This document shows, in pieces, positions 28,634-37,263 of a stretch of DNA of 64,000 nucleotides. Source of the stretch: Planctomycetota bacterium (lineage in GTDB: Bacteria; Planctomycetota; UBA1135; UBA2386); the NCBI GenBank assembly GCA_016794565.1, contig JAEUHQ010000059.1:16723-80722 (forward strand). The letters are read 5' to 3'. The notes under the pieces were generated by a model, which was not told where the DNA came from, did no database searches, and saw nothing but the letters and a program-made list of their open reading frames with translations. Position 1 is the first letter of the stretch, and each line of letters starts with the position of its first letter. Position numbers and translations under genes: made by a program.

Positions 28634-30292
28634 ATGGGTCCCGACGACGCTCGCCCGATCGAAGCCGCACTCGCGAAGCTGACCGAACGCTTCGCGGCCG
28701 ATTCGCATCTTCGCGCCGAGATGCAGAGGGCGCGCCGTCAGTACTTCGGCGAAGCGGTGCCCGGACGCCCGGGTGCCGATGCCAAGGAGCAGCGGTTCCT
28801 CGAGTGGTTCGCGCTGGAGCGCGAGAGCGAAGTGCTCGGCGCGGTTCCGATCGACGTGCCGAAGTTCGGCCGGGATGCTGCGTCGCTCGCGGGGTCGACG
28901 GTCGGGGTTCTGCTCGTCGTCGCGGCCGACGACGATGGTGCGGAAGCGGAGGACCTGCAGGACGGCGAGTCGTTCGACCTCGTGGTTCCCCGCGCATCGC
29001 TGCGCCCGGGCGATCTGCTGGTGGGGAGGCTGTTCCCGACCGAGAACGGGCGATGGACGCCGTCGGCCGCCGCGGCGGTGTTCCGCCCCGGCGGTGGGAT
29101 CGGCGAAGCCTTCCGCCGCGACCTCGCCCGTGCCGGGCTCGAACGCCGGCTGTTCCAGGTCGAGATCGAACACCTGCTCCTCCGCAGGACCGATCAGGCA
29201 CCGAGTCCGACCGCGCGCCCCGCGGCGCCGCTCGACACCGTTCCCCTCGAACACCTCGAGGCGCGTCTCGAGTCGCTGCTGCAGAAGACCGACGGGCGCT
29301 GGTCGGTGACGCGCGTCAGCCAGGACCTCGCGGCCTCGGATCGGCCTGGCCAGGTGATGGGACCGCTGCTCGACCAGCTCGCGTTCGACACGTCCGTCGA
29401 TCTCGATGCGACGCGACGCGTCCTTCTCGAGATATGGAACGCGCACCATCGTGACGCCGCGGACGCGGCGGGCGGCCCGGTGCAACTGCCGCCGGGGGAA
29501 ACGCTCGGTGAGCAGCTCGTGCGGACGCTGGACGAAGGGCTGCGTCGGCATCAGGACGTCGAGGACCTGTTCGCCCAGCTCGAACGCATGGCCGGATTGG
29601 ATCCCGGGGCGAGTGACGACGAGGAGAACCCGTTCGATCACGACGAAGACGATGCCGACGCGGAGAGCGACGGTGCCGGGCTCACTCAGGGCGCAGCCGC
29701 TGGCAACCTGGGGCCGCTCGTGCAGGAGTACTTGTGGGAGACCGGTCGCGAGCAGGAGCCGGCGGCGGGCACGTTGCAGCTGTTCGTCGAGCTGCAGGGC
29801 AATGCCGCGGTGCCGCACACCGACCTAGAAGCCGTGACCGGTGCGGATGTCATGCGCCTCCTGCTGCACTGCTACCTCGGGGCCGAGCCCGCGGCGCGCA
29901 CCGCGGCCGTGCACGCCGCGGTCGGCGAAGTGCAGCGCTTCCTCGAATGGGCGGTGCAGGTGCACGAGATCGATCTCGCCCACGTGATGCGCGAGAGCCG
30001 AGGCGGGATCGTCGAGCAGGTGGAGCGGCTCCAGGCTGCAGGACTCGCGCTGTCGACGTCCGTCGTCGGCGGGAAGCCGCGCATCGTCGAGATCGAGGAG
30101 ATCGGGCCGAACGGGTTCGGTGTGCGCGACGACGACGGCGGGCATCACTGGATCGACGCGCCGGCGCCGACGCTCGGGCTGCTGCGTGCGGGGGACCTGC
30201 TTCTCGGGATCCTCGACGCGGTGGATCGCCGCGCCAGGCTGCGCGGGCTCGTCGTGGTCCTGCCGGCCGACGCGCGCGCGATGATGGAGTGA
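28634..30292 (+). CDS. hypothetical protein (552 aa), acidic central tract, duplicated LRxGDLLxG motif
   Basis: ATG 28634 (alternative ATG 28574). Good GC3 bias. No family recognised. Acidic run is DPGASDDEENPFDHDEDDADAESDG. There are two similar segments, ASLRPGDLLVGRLFP near the N-terminus and GLLRAGDLLLGILDA near the C-terminus. Confidence 0.65.
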   Translation: MGPDDARPIEAALAKLTERFAADSHLRAEMQRARRQYFGEAVPGRPGADAKEQRFLEWFALERESEVLGAVPIDVPKFGRDAASLAGSTVGVLLVVAADDDGAEAEDLQDGESFDLVVPRASLRPGDLLVGRLFPTENGRWTPSAAAAVFRPGGGIGEAFRRDLARAGLERRLFQVEIEHLLLRRTDQAPSPTARPAAPLDTVPLEHLEARLESLLQKTDGRWSVTRVSQDLAASDRPGQVMGPLLDQLAFDTSVDLDATRRVLLEIWNAHHRDAADAAGGPVQLPPGETLGEQLVRTLDEGLRRHQDVEDLFAQLERMAGLDPGASDDEENPFDHDEDDADAESDGAGLTQGAAAGNLGPLVQEYLWETGREQEPAAGTLQLFVELQGNAAVPHTDLEAVTGADVMRLLLHCYLGAEPAARTAAVHAAVGEVQRFLEWAVQVHEIDLAHVMRESRGGIVEQVERLQAAGLALSTSVVGGKPRIVEIEEIGPNGFGVRDDDGGHHWIDAPAPTLGLLRAGDLLLGILDAVDRRARLRGLVVVLPADARAMME

Positions 30293-30349
30293 ATCCGATC
30301 CCAACGTCGCTTCCGCCTGCGCGGTGAGGACCGTGCGTCAGCGGTCGAT

Positions 30350-32485
30350 ATGCGGTTCGGAGGCACTGCGCCGATGGGTTGGGAGACCGCGCTCGATCGT
30401 CTGTTGCTGCAACAGGTCCATTCTGCCGAGAAAGGGGAACAGAAGGCCGAGTCGGTGCGCCAGCAGGTGCTCGACTACCGAAGCCTCGGCGGGCAGCGGC
30501 CGGGAGCGCACTTCCTGTGCGGCTATGCGCGGGTGCTGCTCGGCGTCGACATGCCCGCGTCGAGTGGCGATGCCACGGGCCGCCGCTGGGAGCTCTTCGG
30601 GTCGCTGCGCGGCCTGGATCGCAAGGGCGAGAGGGAACGCATTGCCGAGACTCTCCAGGATCCGCAGGCGTTGCTGGACCTGCTGAGCGACAGTTCGGTC
30701 GCCGGCAACGTGCTGCCGCTCGTCGTGCGTTCGCTGTTCTGGTCGGGTGACCTGAAACTCGCGGTGCGTGCGATCCAATACCTCGCGGCCGAACCTGGTG
30801 CCGCGGAGCTCGAGACGATCGTGGATGCCGCGGTCACCGACCTCCTGGGCCGCCTCGAGAACCGCGTCGATTCCGACGACCAGGAGAGCACTGCATCGAT
30901 CCTCGGGAAGATCCTCGGCATGGCGGGATTCGATCGTCTGCCGACCGACGTGAGGTCTGGCTACCACCGCGCCTTGGCAGAACGGCTGCTCGCGGCGAGC
31001 GAATGGGCGCTCGCGATCGAAGCGGCGGAGCGCGCGGAGGATCTTGCTGGCGCTCATGTTCGTCTTGCCAGCTCGGCGGCTCTCGTCGCCGCGCTCGCGG
31101 AGCTTCGGCAGCACGACGCCGCCGCCGTCGCACCGCGGCAGGAGCGGCCGGAACGCGCGGCTGCGTTGCGCCGGCTGCAGCACGTTGCCGAGGAGCCCGA
31201 GCAGGCGGCGCCCGAGTCGGTGTATCTGCGAAGCCTGCTCGCCTACGAGGCGGGCGATCTCCAGGCCGCCGCGCGCGGTTTCGATCGAGCCATCGCGGGA
31301 CTGCGTCGGCTGGAAGGTCGCGACGTGCTGCTGCGCGACCGGGCGCGTTTCTTCCAGGCCGCTGCATTGCTCGCCGCGGGCGATGCCGCCGAGAGTTCTC
31401 GCGCGTTGCGCCTGATGGAGCAGGCGCTCGAGACGGTGAAGCCCGACCTGGAGAGCTTCTACGCCGTGCACGAGGCGCTGAAGAAGCTCGACCGCCGGTT
31501 GTCGCTGCGCTTCCTCGATGCCGTCGACGTCGGTCGTGGTTCGTCGCCGGACCAGCTCTTGTTCGTTGCCCTCGAATACCTCTCGCTGGGGGAGGCGCAG
31601 CCAGCCGCCTTCGCAGCGCGTCGTGTGCTCGAAGTCGCCGTCGACCTGGACCAGCGCATCGATGCTCTGCGCGTCGTGCTGACCGCCCACAACATGCTCG
31701 GGGAACGTGAGGAGTCGCGCGCTTGCTATGCCGAGATGCGTGAACTTCTGCAGCAGCGCGGCAAGTTCGACGTGCTCGAGAAGCTGTTGCGCAACGAGGA
31801 CTTCGTCGGCCAGGCGCTCGACCACGTGGAGATCAAGGTCGAGCTGGCGGCGGTGTACGAGGAGATGGAGGGGCGCGACTACGACCGCGCTCAGCTGCTC
31901 GTGTCGATCGCGAGATCCCTGCGGGCCAGGAAGGACGTCGAGTCCCTGCAGCAGGCACACGGCCTCCTGCAAGAAGTCGCTTGCGGCTTCCCGGAGCTGG
32001 CGAAGGACGACCTCGCGGCCCTCGAGAAGCTGCTCGAGCTGAACGACCAGGCACCGGCGGACGGCGAAGGCGGCAAGGACGCCGCCGCCGCGCTGGGGAA
32101 GAGCCTGGGGCGGCCGCCCCGGATCCTGGTCGTCGGCGGCAACGAGCGCCAGCGCCGTCACCATCCGAGGCTCGAAACCCTCGGCAAGGAATGGGGCCTC
32201 GCGACCGAGTGGCTGATGACGAACTACACGTCGCCGCAGAAGGTCGTCGGCACGATCGCCGACCGCATCCGCCACGGCCTCGACGTTCTGCTCCTGCTCC
32301 ACTGGAACCGCCACGAAACGACCGAGCCGGCCCTCGAGCTCGCCCGGTCGGCTGGAGTGCCGGCGCGCACGGTGCACTATGCGGGTTTCACGAGCCTGCA
32401 GGTCGCGCTGGGGGAACAACTGGCGCGCCTCGCTGCTGCCGCGCCGACGGTGGCGACCATGGGCAGGGGGCGCAAGGGCGGTTGA
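30350..32485 (+). CDS. hypothetical helical-repeat protein (711 aa) with C-terminal DUF2325-like domain
   Basis: Long Ala/Leu-rich TPR-like region. The last ~100 aa are RILVVGGNERQ...LETLGKEWGL...DVLLLLHWNRHETTEPALELARSAGVPARTVHYAGFTSLQVAL. This follows the DUF2325 pattern (ILIVGG...G...D-hydrophobic run...H....A....P....S) as I remember it. Start is ATG 30350 or ATG 30374. Confidence 0.65.
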   Translation: MRFGGTAPMGWETALDRLLLQQVHSAEKGEQKAESVRQQVLDYRSLGGQRPGAHFLCGYARVLLGVDMPASSGDATGRRWELFGSLRGLDRKGERERIAETLQDPQALLDLLSDSSVAGNVLPLVVRSLFWSGDLKLAVRAIQYLAAEPGAAELETIVDAAVTDLLGRLENRVDSDDQESTASILGKILGMAGFDRLPTDVRSGYHRALAERLLAASEWALAIEAAERAEDLAGAHVRLASSAALVAALAELRQHDAAAVAPRQERPERAAALRRLQHVAEEPEQAAPESVYLRSLLAYEAGDLQAAARGFDRAIAGLRRLEGRDVLLRDRARFFQAAALLAAGDAAESSRALRLMEQALETVKPDLESFYAVHEALKKLDRRLSLRFLDAVDVGRGSSPDQLLFVALEYLSLGEAQPAAFAARRVLEVAVDLDQRIDALRVVLTAHNMLGEREESRACYAEMRELLQQRGKFDVLEKLLRNEDFVGQALDHVEIKVELAAVYEEMEGRDYDRAQLLVSIARSLRARKDVESLQQAHGLLQEVACGFPELAKDDLAALEKLLELNDQAPADGEGGKDAAAALGKSLGRPPRILVVGGNERQRRHHPRLETLGKEWGLATEWLMTNYTSPQKVVGTIADRIRHGLDVLLLLHWNRHETTEPALELARSAGVPARTVHYAGFTSLQVALGEQLARLAAAAPTVATMGRGRKGG

Positions 32486-32536
32486 CCGTCCGGGCCGGTG
32501 ATCCACGGCATGCACCAGCCCCGAGTCCGCCCGTGC

Positions 32537-32589
32537 CTCCCCCTCGCGTAGTTCCGATAAGATATGTTATGTAAAGCAAGGCGGGGGAG
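32537..32589. other. GC-clamped stem enclosing a 33-nt AT-rich loop in a convergent intergenic region
   Basis: CTCCCCC(TC)GC ... GCGGGGGAG forms 9 bp with a 2-nt bulge. It flanks GTAGTTCCGATAAGATATGTTATGTAAAGCAAG, which I counted at 11 of 33 G+C. It lies between the stop at 32485 (+) and the stop at 32595 (-). Confidence 0.3.
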
Positions 32590-32594
32590 TGCGC

Positions 32595-33632
32595 TCAGGA
32601 TCGCCGACGGCCGCCCGGCACCCATGCCATGCCCAGCCAGGCCGTGAAGTCCGGCGATACGAGCCCGATCAGGTCCTCGCCGAAGCCGATCTCGAGGCTC
32701 GTGTCCTGATCGAGCTGGAACCGACCGCCAACCCACAGCAGGCACTGTTCCCTGTCCGTCGTCGGGATGCGCAGCCGGCGGAGCGTCGACGTCTCCCACT
32801 CGACCTGCACGAGCGCGGTCAGCAGGGCGCCGAGCGGCACTTCGGCCGCGAGCCCCGCCGACGTGACGTCGGCGAACTCGAGGCGCTCGGACGACGCCCC
32901 CGACGGCTGCGCAACGGCCCGCGGCGCCCGCGGCGATCCGGCAAGGGTGTGCTGCGCGTGGCCATAGAACCCGGCTCCGAGCGCGTGGTGTTCGAGCACG
33001 ATCCCGGCCGCGAAATCGACTTCGCCATTTCCATAGCCGCGGTCCTGGTCTCCGGTCGGCAGCTCGATGCCGCCCCGAATGGCGACGCCGAGTCCGTCCG
33101 CCGGGTCTGCGATCTGCCACGCCAGGGTCAGCGGCAGATCGAGCGGCGTCCAGGCCGCCGGTTCGACGCGCCATACGTCCTGGCCCGACCGTTGGGCCAG
33201 GATCTCGAACGCATCGCGCGGGCTGCCTTGCCGGTTCTGGTCCGGCAGCCCGAACGTGTCGTGGAAGTCGATCACGAACGAGTCGAGGAAACCGCCCGAC
33301 GTGTGCGCGAACGGCACCTCCAGGCCGAACTCGAGGCCGCTGCCCAGCCCGGCGCGCACGGCAGCCGCCGCGCGCAGGTACTCGCCGTCCATGGTCCAGG
33401 TCGCGCCGTTCGGCCCGGTCCCCGACAGAAACAGGTTCGAGTAGGCGGCGTCGCCGCGAACCATGACGCGACCGCTCGGCAGCGAGCGCGCGCCGGTCGT
33501 CGGCAGGTGCAGCACCGTCAGCTGGGCCGGATGCTGGTTGCGCACCGGCATCGGGCCCTGCAGGTCCGGATTCGCGACGCAGGCAGCCGACACCATCGGT
33601 ATGACGAAACGAATCGGGAAGCGCGCCGGCAC
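32595..33632 (-). CDS. DUF3187-like outer-membrane beta-barrel protein
   Basis: 345 aa with a signal peptide (MPARFPIRFVIPMVSAACVA). PVRNQHP, DGEYLRAAAAVRAGLGSGLEFGLEVPF, GGFLDSFVIDFHDTFGLPDQNR and IELPTGDQDRGYGNGEVDFA match the DUF3187 pattern as remembered. The beta-rich C-terminus ends in an aromatic-rich strand. Confidence 0.55.
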   Translation of the reverse strand: MPARFPIRFVIPMVSAACVANPDLQGPMPVRNQHPAQLTVLHLPTTGARSLPSGRVMVRGDAAYSNLFLSGTGPNGATWTMDGEYLRAAAAVRAGLGSGLEFGLEVPFAHTSGGFLDSFVIDFHDTFGLPDQNRQGSPRDAFEILAQRSGQDVWRVEPAAWTPLDLPLTLAWQIADPADGLGVAIRGGIELPTGDQDRGYGNGEVDFAAGIVLEHHALGAGFYGHAQHTLAGSPRAPRAVAQPSGASSERLEFADVTSAGLAAEVPLGALLTALVQVEWETSTLRRLRIPTTDREQCLLWVGGRFQLDQDTSLEIGFGEDLIGLVSPDFTAWLGMAWVPGGRRRS

Positions 33633-33746
33633 GGTGCCAAACTAGCGCCGCTGCGAGGCCGCGCCACGCCGGAATTCCGCCACTCTCGGCGACTCGTGCG
33701 CGCGCTGCGGTTTCCGGAGCCGCGTTCCTCGCTACACTGCCGCGCC

Positions 33747-34952
33747 TTGTTCCAGCACTCAAAGAAGCTCGTTTCCGCGACGTTCGTCGCGATCTCGTTC
33801 GCCGCGTGCGCCGACGGCGGCAAGGAGGACCGGCCGCAGAGCGAGGTCCAGATCACGGCGCAGCACCACATGTACGGCTTCCGCAGCCTGCGCGGGTTCG
33901 GCACGTTCCCGGTGCAGCCGTCGGTTGCGTTCTCGGACCGCGGCAAGCTGAACCTGTTCAGCGACAGCACCTACACCATCACGCGTACGTCGGGCACGTC
34001 TGCTGCAGATCGCTACGCGCTCGCCAAGGACGGCGCATTCTCCGTCTTCGTGACGGGCAGCGGCAGCGAACCGTCGGTGGTGTTCCGCGGCGCGTACGGA
34101 CTGATCGCCCCCGCCCCCGAGTTCTGCTTCACCGACCGGGTCTCCACCACCTCGTCGCCGTCCGTCGGACTCTACTACGGCACGCGCATCGTGCAGGGCC
34201 AGGTCGAACTCGAAGGCGCCTGGCACGTGCTCTCCCTGCACGCGGTGTTCGGCCAGGTGCTGCAGTCGCCGGAGAACGTGGCGCGTGGCGCATTCGGCGG
34301 CGTGTCGATCACGGCCGGCGCGGCGGGGACGCTGCGCACCATCAGCGGCATGGGCACCCAGGGCACGAGCGGCCTCGTCTTCGGCGGCACGATCCAGAAC
34401 GTGCTAGACGGCGGCGGCAACGGCGACGGCACCTGCAATCTCGAGGTCTCCTACCAGGTCGGCGCGCAGGCCGTCGACACGCGTCCGATGCAGGCCGTCG
34501 CGACTTCGAACCTCGTGCTCGCCCTCGACGAGGACGAAACCGACGGCGAGGCGGGCATGTTCTTCCTCGTGCGCAAGTTCGATCCTCCCGCCACTCCGGT
34601 GGACTCCGCGCGGGTGGTCGGCACGTTCCTCGTCGGCGGGCACACGTTCTTCGTGAATCCCACGAACTGCGGCTCCGACTCGTTCGTGGGCCTCGTGACC
34701 CTCGGACTCGCGGGCTCTTTCCGGCTCGAGGCGACGGGTGCGTCCGGCGCGGACTTCACCTACACCGGCAGCTACACGCTCGCGACGGACGGTGCACTCA
34801 CGATCACCATCCCGGGCACCGGCGAGACGTGGCACGCCGCGATCGACCGGGGCTACCAGACGCTGCTGTTCGTCGACGACTTCGTCGAAGTGCGCGCGAA
34901 CAACATCCCCGAGCTCAACCTCGGGTTCGGTGTGCGGCAGAAGACCACGTGA
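33747..34952 (+). CDS. beta-rich hypothetical lipoprotein
   Basis: About 401 aa. There is no in-frame ATG near the signal sequence. TTG 33747 gives MFQHSKKLVSATFVAISFAAC with a lipobox. The protein is Gly/Thr/Ser-rich and beta-strand-like. No family recognised. Confidence 0.55.
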   Translation: MFQHSKKLVSATFVAISFAACADGGKEDRPQSEVQITAQHHMYGFRSLRGFGTFPVQPSVAFSDRGKLNLFSDSTYTITRTSGTSAADRYALAKDGAFSVFVTGSGSEPSVVFRGAYGLIAPAPEFCFTDRVSTTSSPSVGLYYGTRIVQGQVELEGAWHVLSLHAVFGQVLQSPENVARGAFGGVSITAGAAGTLRTISGMGTQGTSGLVFGGTIQNVLDGGGNGDGTCNLEVSYQVGAQAVDTRPMQAVATSNLVLALDEDETDGEAGMFFLVRKFDPPATPVDSARVVGTFLVGGHTFFVNPTNCGSDSFVGLVTLGLAGSFRLEATGASGADFTYTGSYTLATDGALTITIPGTGETWHAAIDRGYQTLLFVDDFVEVRANNIPELNLGFGVRQKTT

Positions 34953-35039
34953 ACGGCGCGCGCTGCGGGGCGAGCGGGTTGTCGCTTCCAAGGCCGGCGG
35001 GCCGTGCGCATGATCGCGGCAGTGAGCACCGTCCCCGTC

Positions 35040-35903
35040 ATGTCGATCGACCTGCCGTTCTGCAAGCGCATCGGCCGCGGCAAGGTCCGTGAGATCTTCG
35101 AGCTCGGCGGCGACCTCTTGCTCGTCGCGTCCGATCGCATCTCCGCGTTCGACGTCGTGATGAACGAGGGTGTGCCGGGCAAAGGTCGGGTCCTCACCGA
35201 GACCTCGGCGTTCTGGTTCCGGCACTTGCGCGATGTGTGCCCGAACCACCTCGTCTCCACGGATGTCGACAGCTGGTCGGACGTGCCTGCCGCCCACAAG
35301 CCCGTCTTGCGCGGCCGGACGATGCGGTGCCGTCGATGCGAGCCGATGCCGGTCGAGTGGGTCGTGCGCGGCAACCTCACCGGCTCCGGCTGGAAGGACT
35401 ACCAGCAGCACGGAACCATCAGCGGCGTGTCCCTGCCGAAGGGCCTTCTCCACGCGAGCGAGCTCGATCCGCCGATCCTGACGCCGTCGACGAAGGCGGA
35501 GTCGGGGCACGACGAGCCCATCTCGTTCGCGCGCGTGGTGGAGATGGTCGGCAAGGAGCACGCCGAGGCCGCGCGTCGGGCGGCGTTGCGTCTGTTCGAG
35601 AAGGGGCGCGAACACGCGAAGTCGCGCGGCATCGTGATCGCGGACACGAAGTTCGAGTTCGGCGTGCTGGACGGGCAGGTGATCCTGATCGACGAGTGTC
35701 TGACGCCGGACTCGAGCCGCTTCTGGCCCGCGCACGAAGTGAAGCCCGGCGCGACCCCGACGTCGTTCGACAAGCAGTACTTGCGCGACTGGCTCATCGG
35801 CACCGGCTGGAACAAGACTCCCCCGCCGCCCACCCTGCCGCCCGAGGTGGTCGCGAAGACCGCAGCCACCTACCTCGACATCCAGAAGCGGCTCACTGCG
35901 TGA
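35040..35903 (+). CDS. purC: phosphoribosylaminoimidazole-succinocarboxamide (SAICAR) synthase
   Basis: 287 aa from ATG 35040 (alternative ATG 35004). GRGKVREIFELGGDLLLVASDRISAFD and DTKFEFG motifs of long-form PurC are present. Confidence 0.95.
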   Translation: MSIDLPFCKRIGRGKVREIFELGGDLLLVASDRISAFDVVMNEGVPGKGRVLTETSAFWFRHLRDVCPNHLVSTDVDSWSDVPAAHKPVLRGRTMRCRRCEPMPVEWVVRGNLTGSGWKDYQQHGTISGVSLPKGLLHASELDPPILTPSTKAESGHDEPISFARVVEMVGKEHAEAARRAALRLFEKGREHAKSRGIVIADTKFEFGVLDGQVILIDECLTPDSSRFWPAHEVKPGATPTSFDKQYLRDWLIGTGWNKTPPPPTLPPEVVAKTAATYLDIQKRLTA

Positions 35904-35911
35904 GTGCACGC

Positions 35912-36958
35912 ATGGGTCCGGCTCCGCTGCCTGCCACGATCGCCTGGTCCGGCGGACTCGACGGACATCTGGAGATCCTCGACCAGACTCGTCTCCCCCA
36001 CGAATGCGTCGTGGTCCGCTGCGACGACGTCGACACCGTGATCGACGCGATCGTTCGTCTGCGGGTTCGCGGCGCTCCGGCCATCGGTGTCGCGGCCGGC
36101 TATGGCCTCGTGCTCGGCGTGCGCGCGCTGAATCCGTTGCCGAATGCGTTCGTCGACGCGACGCGCACGATCGCTGCCCGGCTCATGGCGGCGCGTCCGA
36201 CGGCGGTGAACCTGCAGTGGGCCCTCGATCGCGGGATTGCCGCTGCCAGGTCCGAGCCGTCGGTCGAGCGGCTGCTGCACGAGGCGCGGACCATCCACGA
36301 ACAGGACGCTGCCGCCTCCCGGGCGATGGCCCGCCACGGGCACGCCCTCGTGCGTGATGGAGCGACGGTGCTGACCCACTGCAACACGGGCCGGCTCGCG
36401 ACCGCGGGCGACGGCACCGCCCTCGCCGTTTTGTTCGCCGCGTGGCAGAGCGGCGCCCGATTCCGCGTGCTCGCGACGGAGACGCGCCCCCTGCTGCAGG
36501 GTGCGCGACTGACCGCGCTCGAATTGCACGCCGCCGGGATCCCGGTCGAACTCGTCGTCGACGGCGCCGTCGCCGGTCTGGTTGCCAGGGGAGGAGTGGA
36601 CGTCGCGTTCGTCGGTGCCGATCGGGTGGCCGCGAACGGGGACTTCGCCAACAAGGTGGGCACGTACGGGATTGCCCTGGCGTGCGCCGCGCATCGGGTG
36701 CCGTTCCACGTCGTCGCGCCGACGTCGACGTTCGACCCGCGAATCCCCGACGGCGCTCGGATCCCGATCGAAGAGCGCGATGCCAACGAAGTCTTGGCCG
36801 TCGCGGGCAACCGCGTCGCCGCGTCGGGAGTCGGTGCTCGCAATCCTGCCTTCGACGTGACGCCAGCGCGACTCGTGAGCAGTTTCGTGACCGAGCGCGG
36901 TTGCGTCGAGGCGCCCTACGACGTGGCGATCAAGGCCCTGTTCGCCACGGGCCGATGA
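35912..36958 (+). CDS. mtnA: S-methyl-5-thioribose-1-phosphate isomerase
   Basis: 348 aa from ATG 35912 (alternative GTG 35900 overlapping the purC stop). LEILDQTRLPHE, RGAPAIGVAAGYG, THCNTG and GADRVAANGDFANKVGTY are present. Confidence 0.9.
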   Translation: MGPAPLPATIAWSGGLDGHLEILDQTRLPHECVVVRCDDVDTVIDAIVRLRVRGAPAIGVAAGYGLVLGVRALNPLPNAFVDATRTIAARLMAARPTAVNLQWALDRGIAAARSEPSVERLLHEARTIHEQDAAASRAMARHGHALVRDGATVLTHCNTGRLATAGDGTALAVLFAAWQSGARFRVLATETRPLLQGARLTALELHAAGIPVELVVDGAVAGLVARGGVDVAFVGADRVAANGDFANKVGTYGIALACAAHRVPFHVVAPTSTFDPRIPDGARIPIEERDANEVLAVAGNRVAASGVGARNPAFDVTPARLVSSFVTERGCVEAPYDVAIKALFATGR

Positions 36959-36965
36959 GGGCGCC

Positions 36966-37244
36966 ATGGTCAGTGCCACGAAGAAGCCCCCGAAGGCCGG
37001 GCGGCAGAAGAGTCGCCGTGCGCCGGCGAAGAGCCGAGCGAAGAAGTCCGCGCCGCGGGTCGACGACGGGCTCGACGACATCGCCAGCCCGGAGCGTTCC
37101 GCCCCCGCACTTGCCGAGGTCGACGCGGAAGTGCTCGAGTTCATCGAGGCCGTCGATCGCTTCAAGAAGCAGCACGGCCGCCCCTTCCCGAGCTGGAGCG
37201 AGGTGCTCCTGATCGTGCGGCAGTTGGGCTACCGCCGCGACTGA
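36966..37244 (+). CDS. small basic protein of unknown function
   Basis: 92 aa. The N-terminal half is Lys/Arg/Ala-rich (KKPPKAGRQKSRRAPAKSRAKKSAPR). The C-terminal half looks folded (VLEFIEAVDRFKKQHGRPFPSWSEVLLIVRQLGYRR). It starts 7 nt after mtnA. Confidence 0.55.
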   Translation: MVSATKKPPKAGRQKSRRAPAKSRAKKSAPRVDDGLDDIASPERSAPALAEVDAEVLEFIEAVDRFKKQHGRPFPSWSEVLLIVRQLGYRRD

Positions 37245-37263
37245 CGCGACGCGCGGGCGCGGG

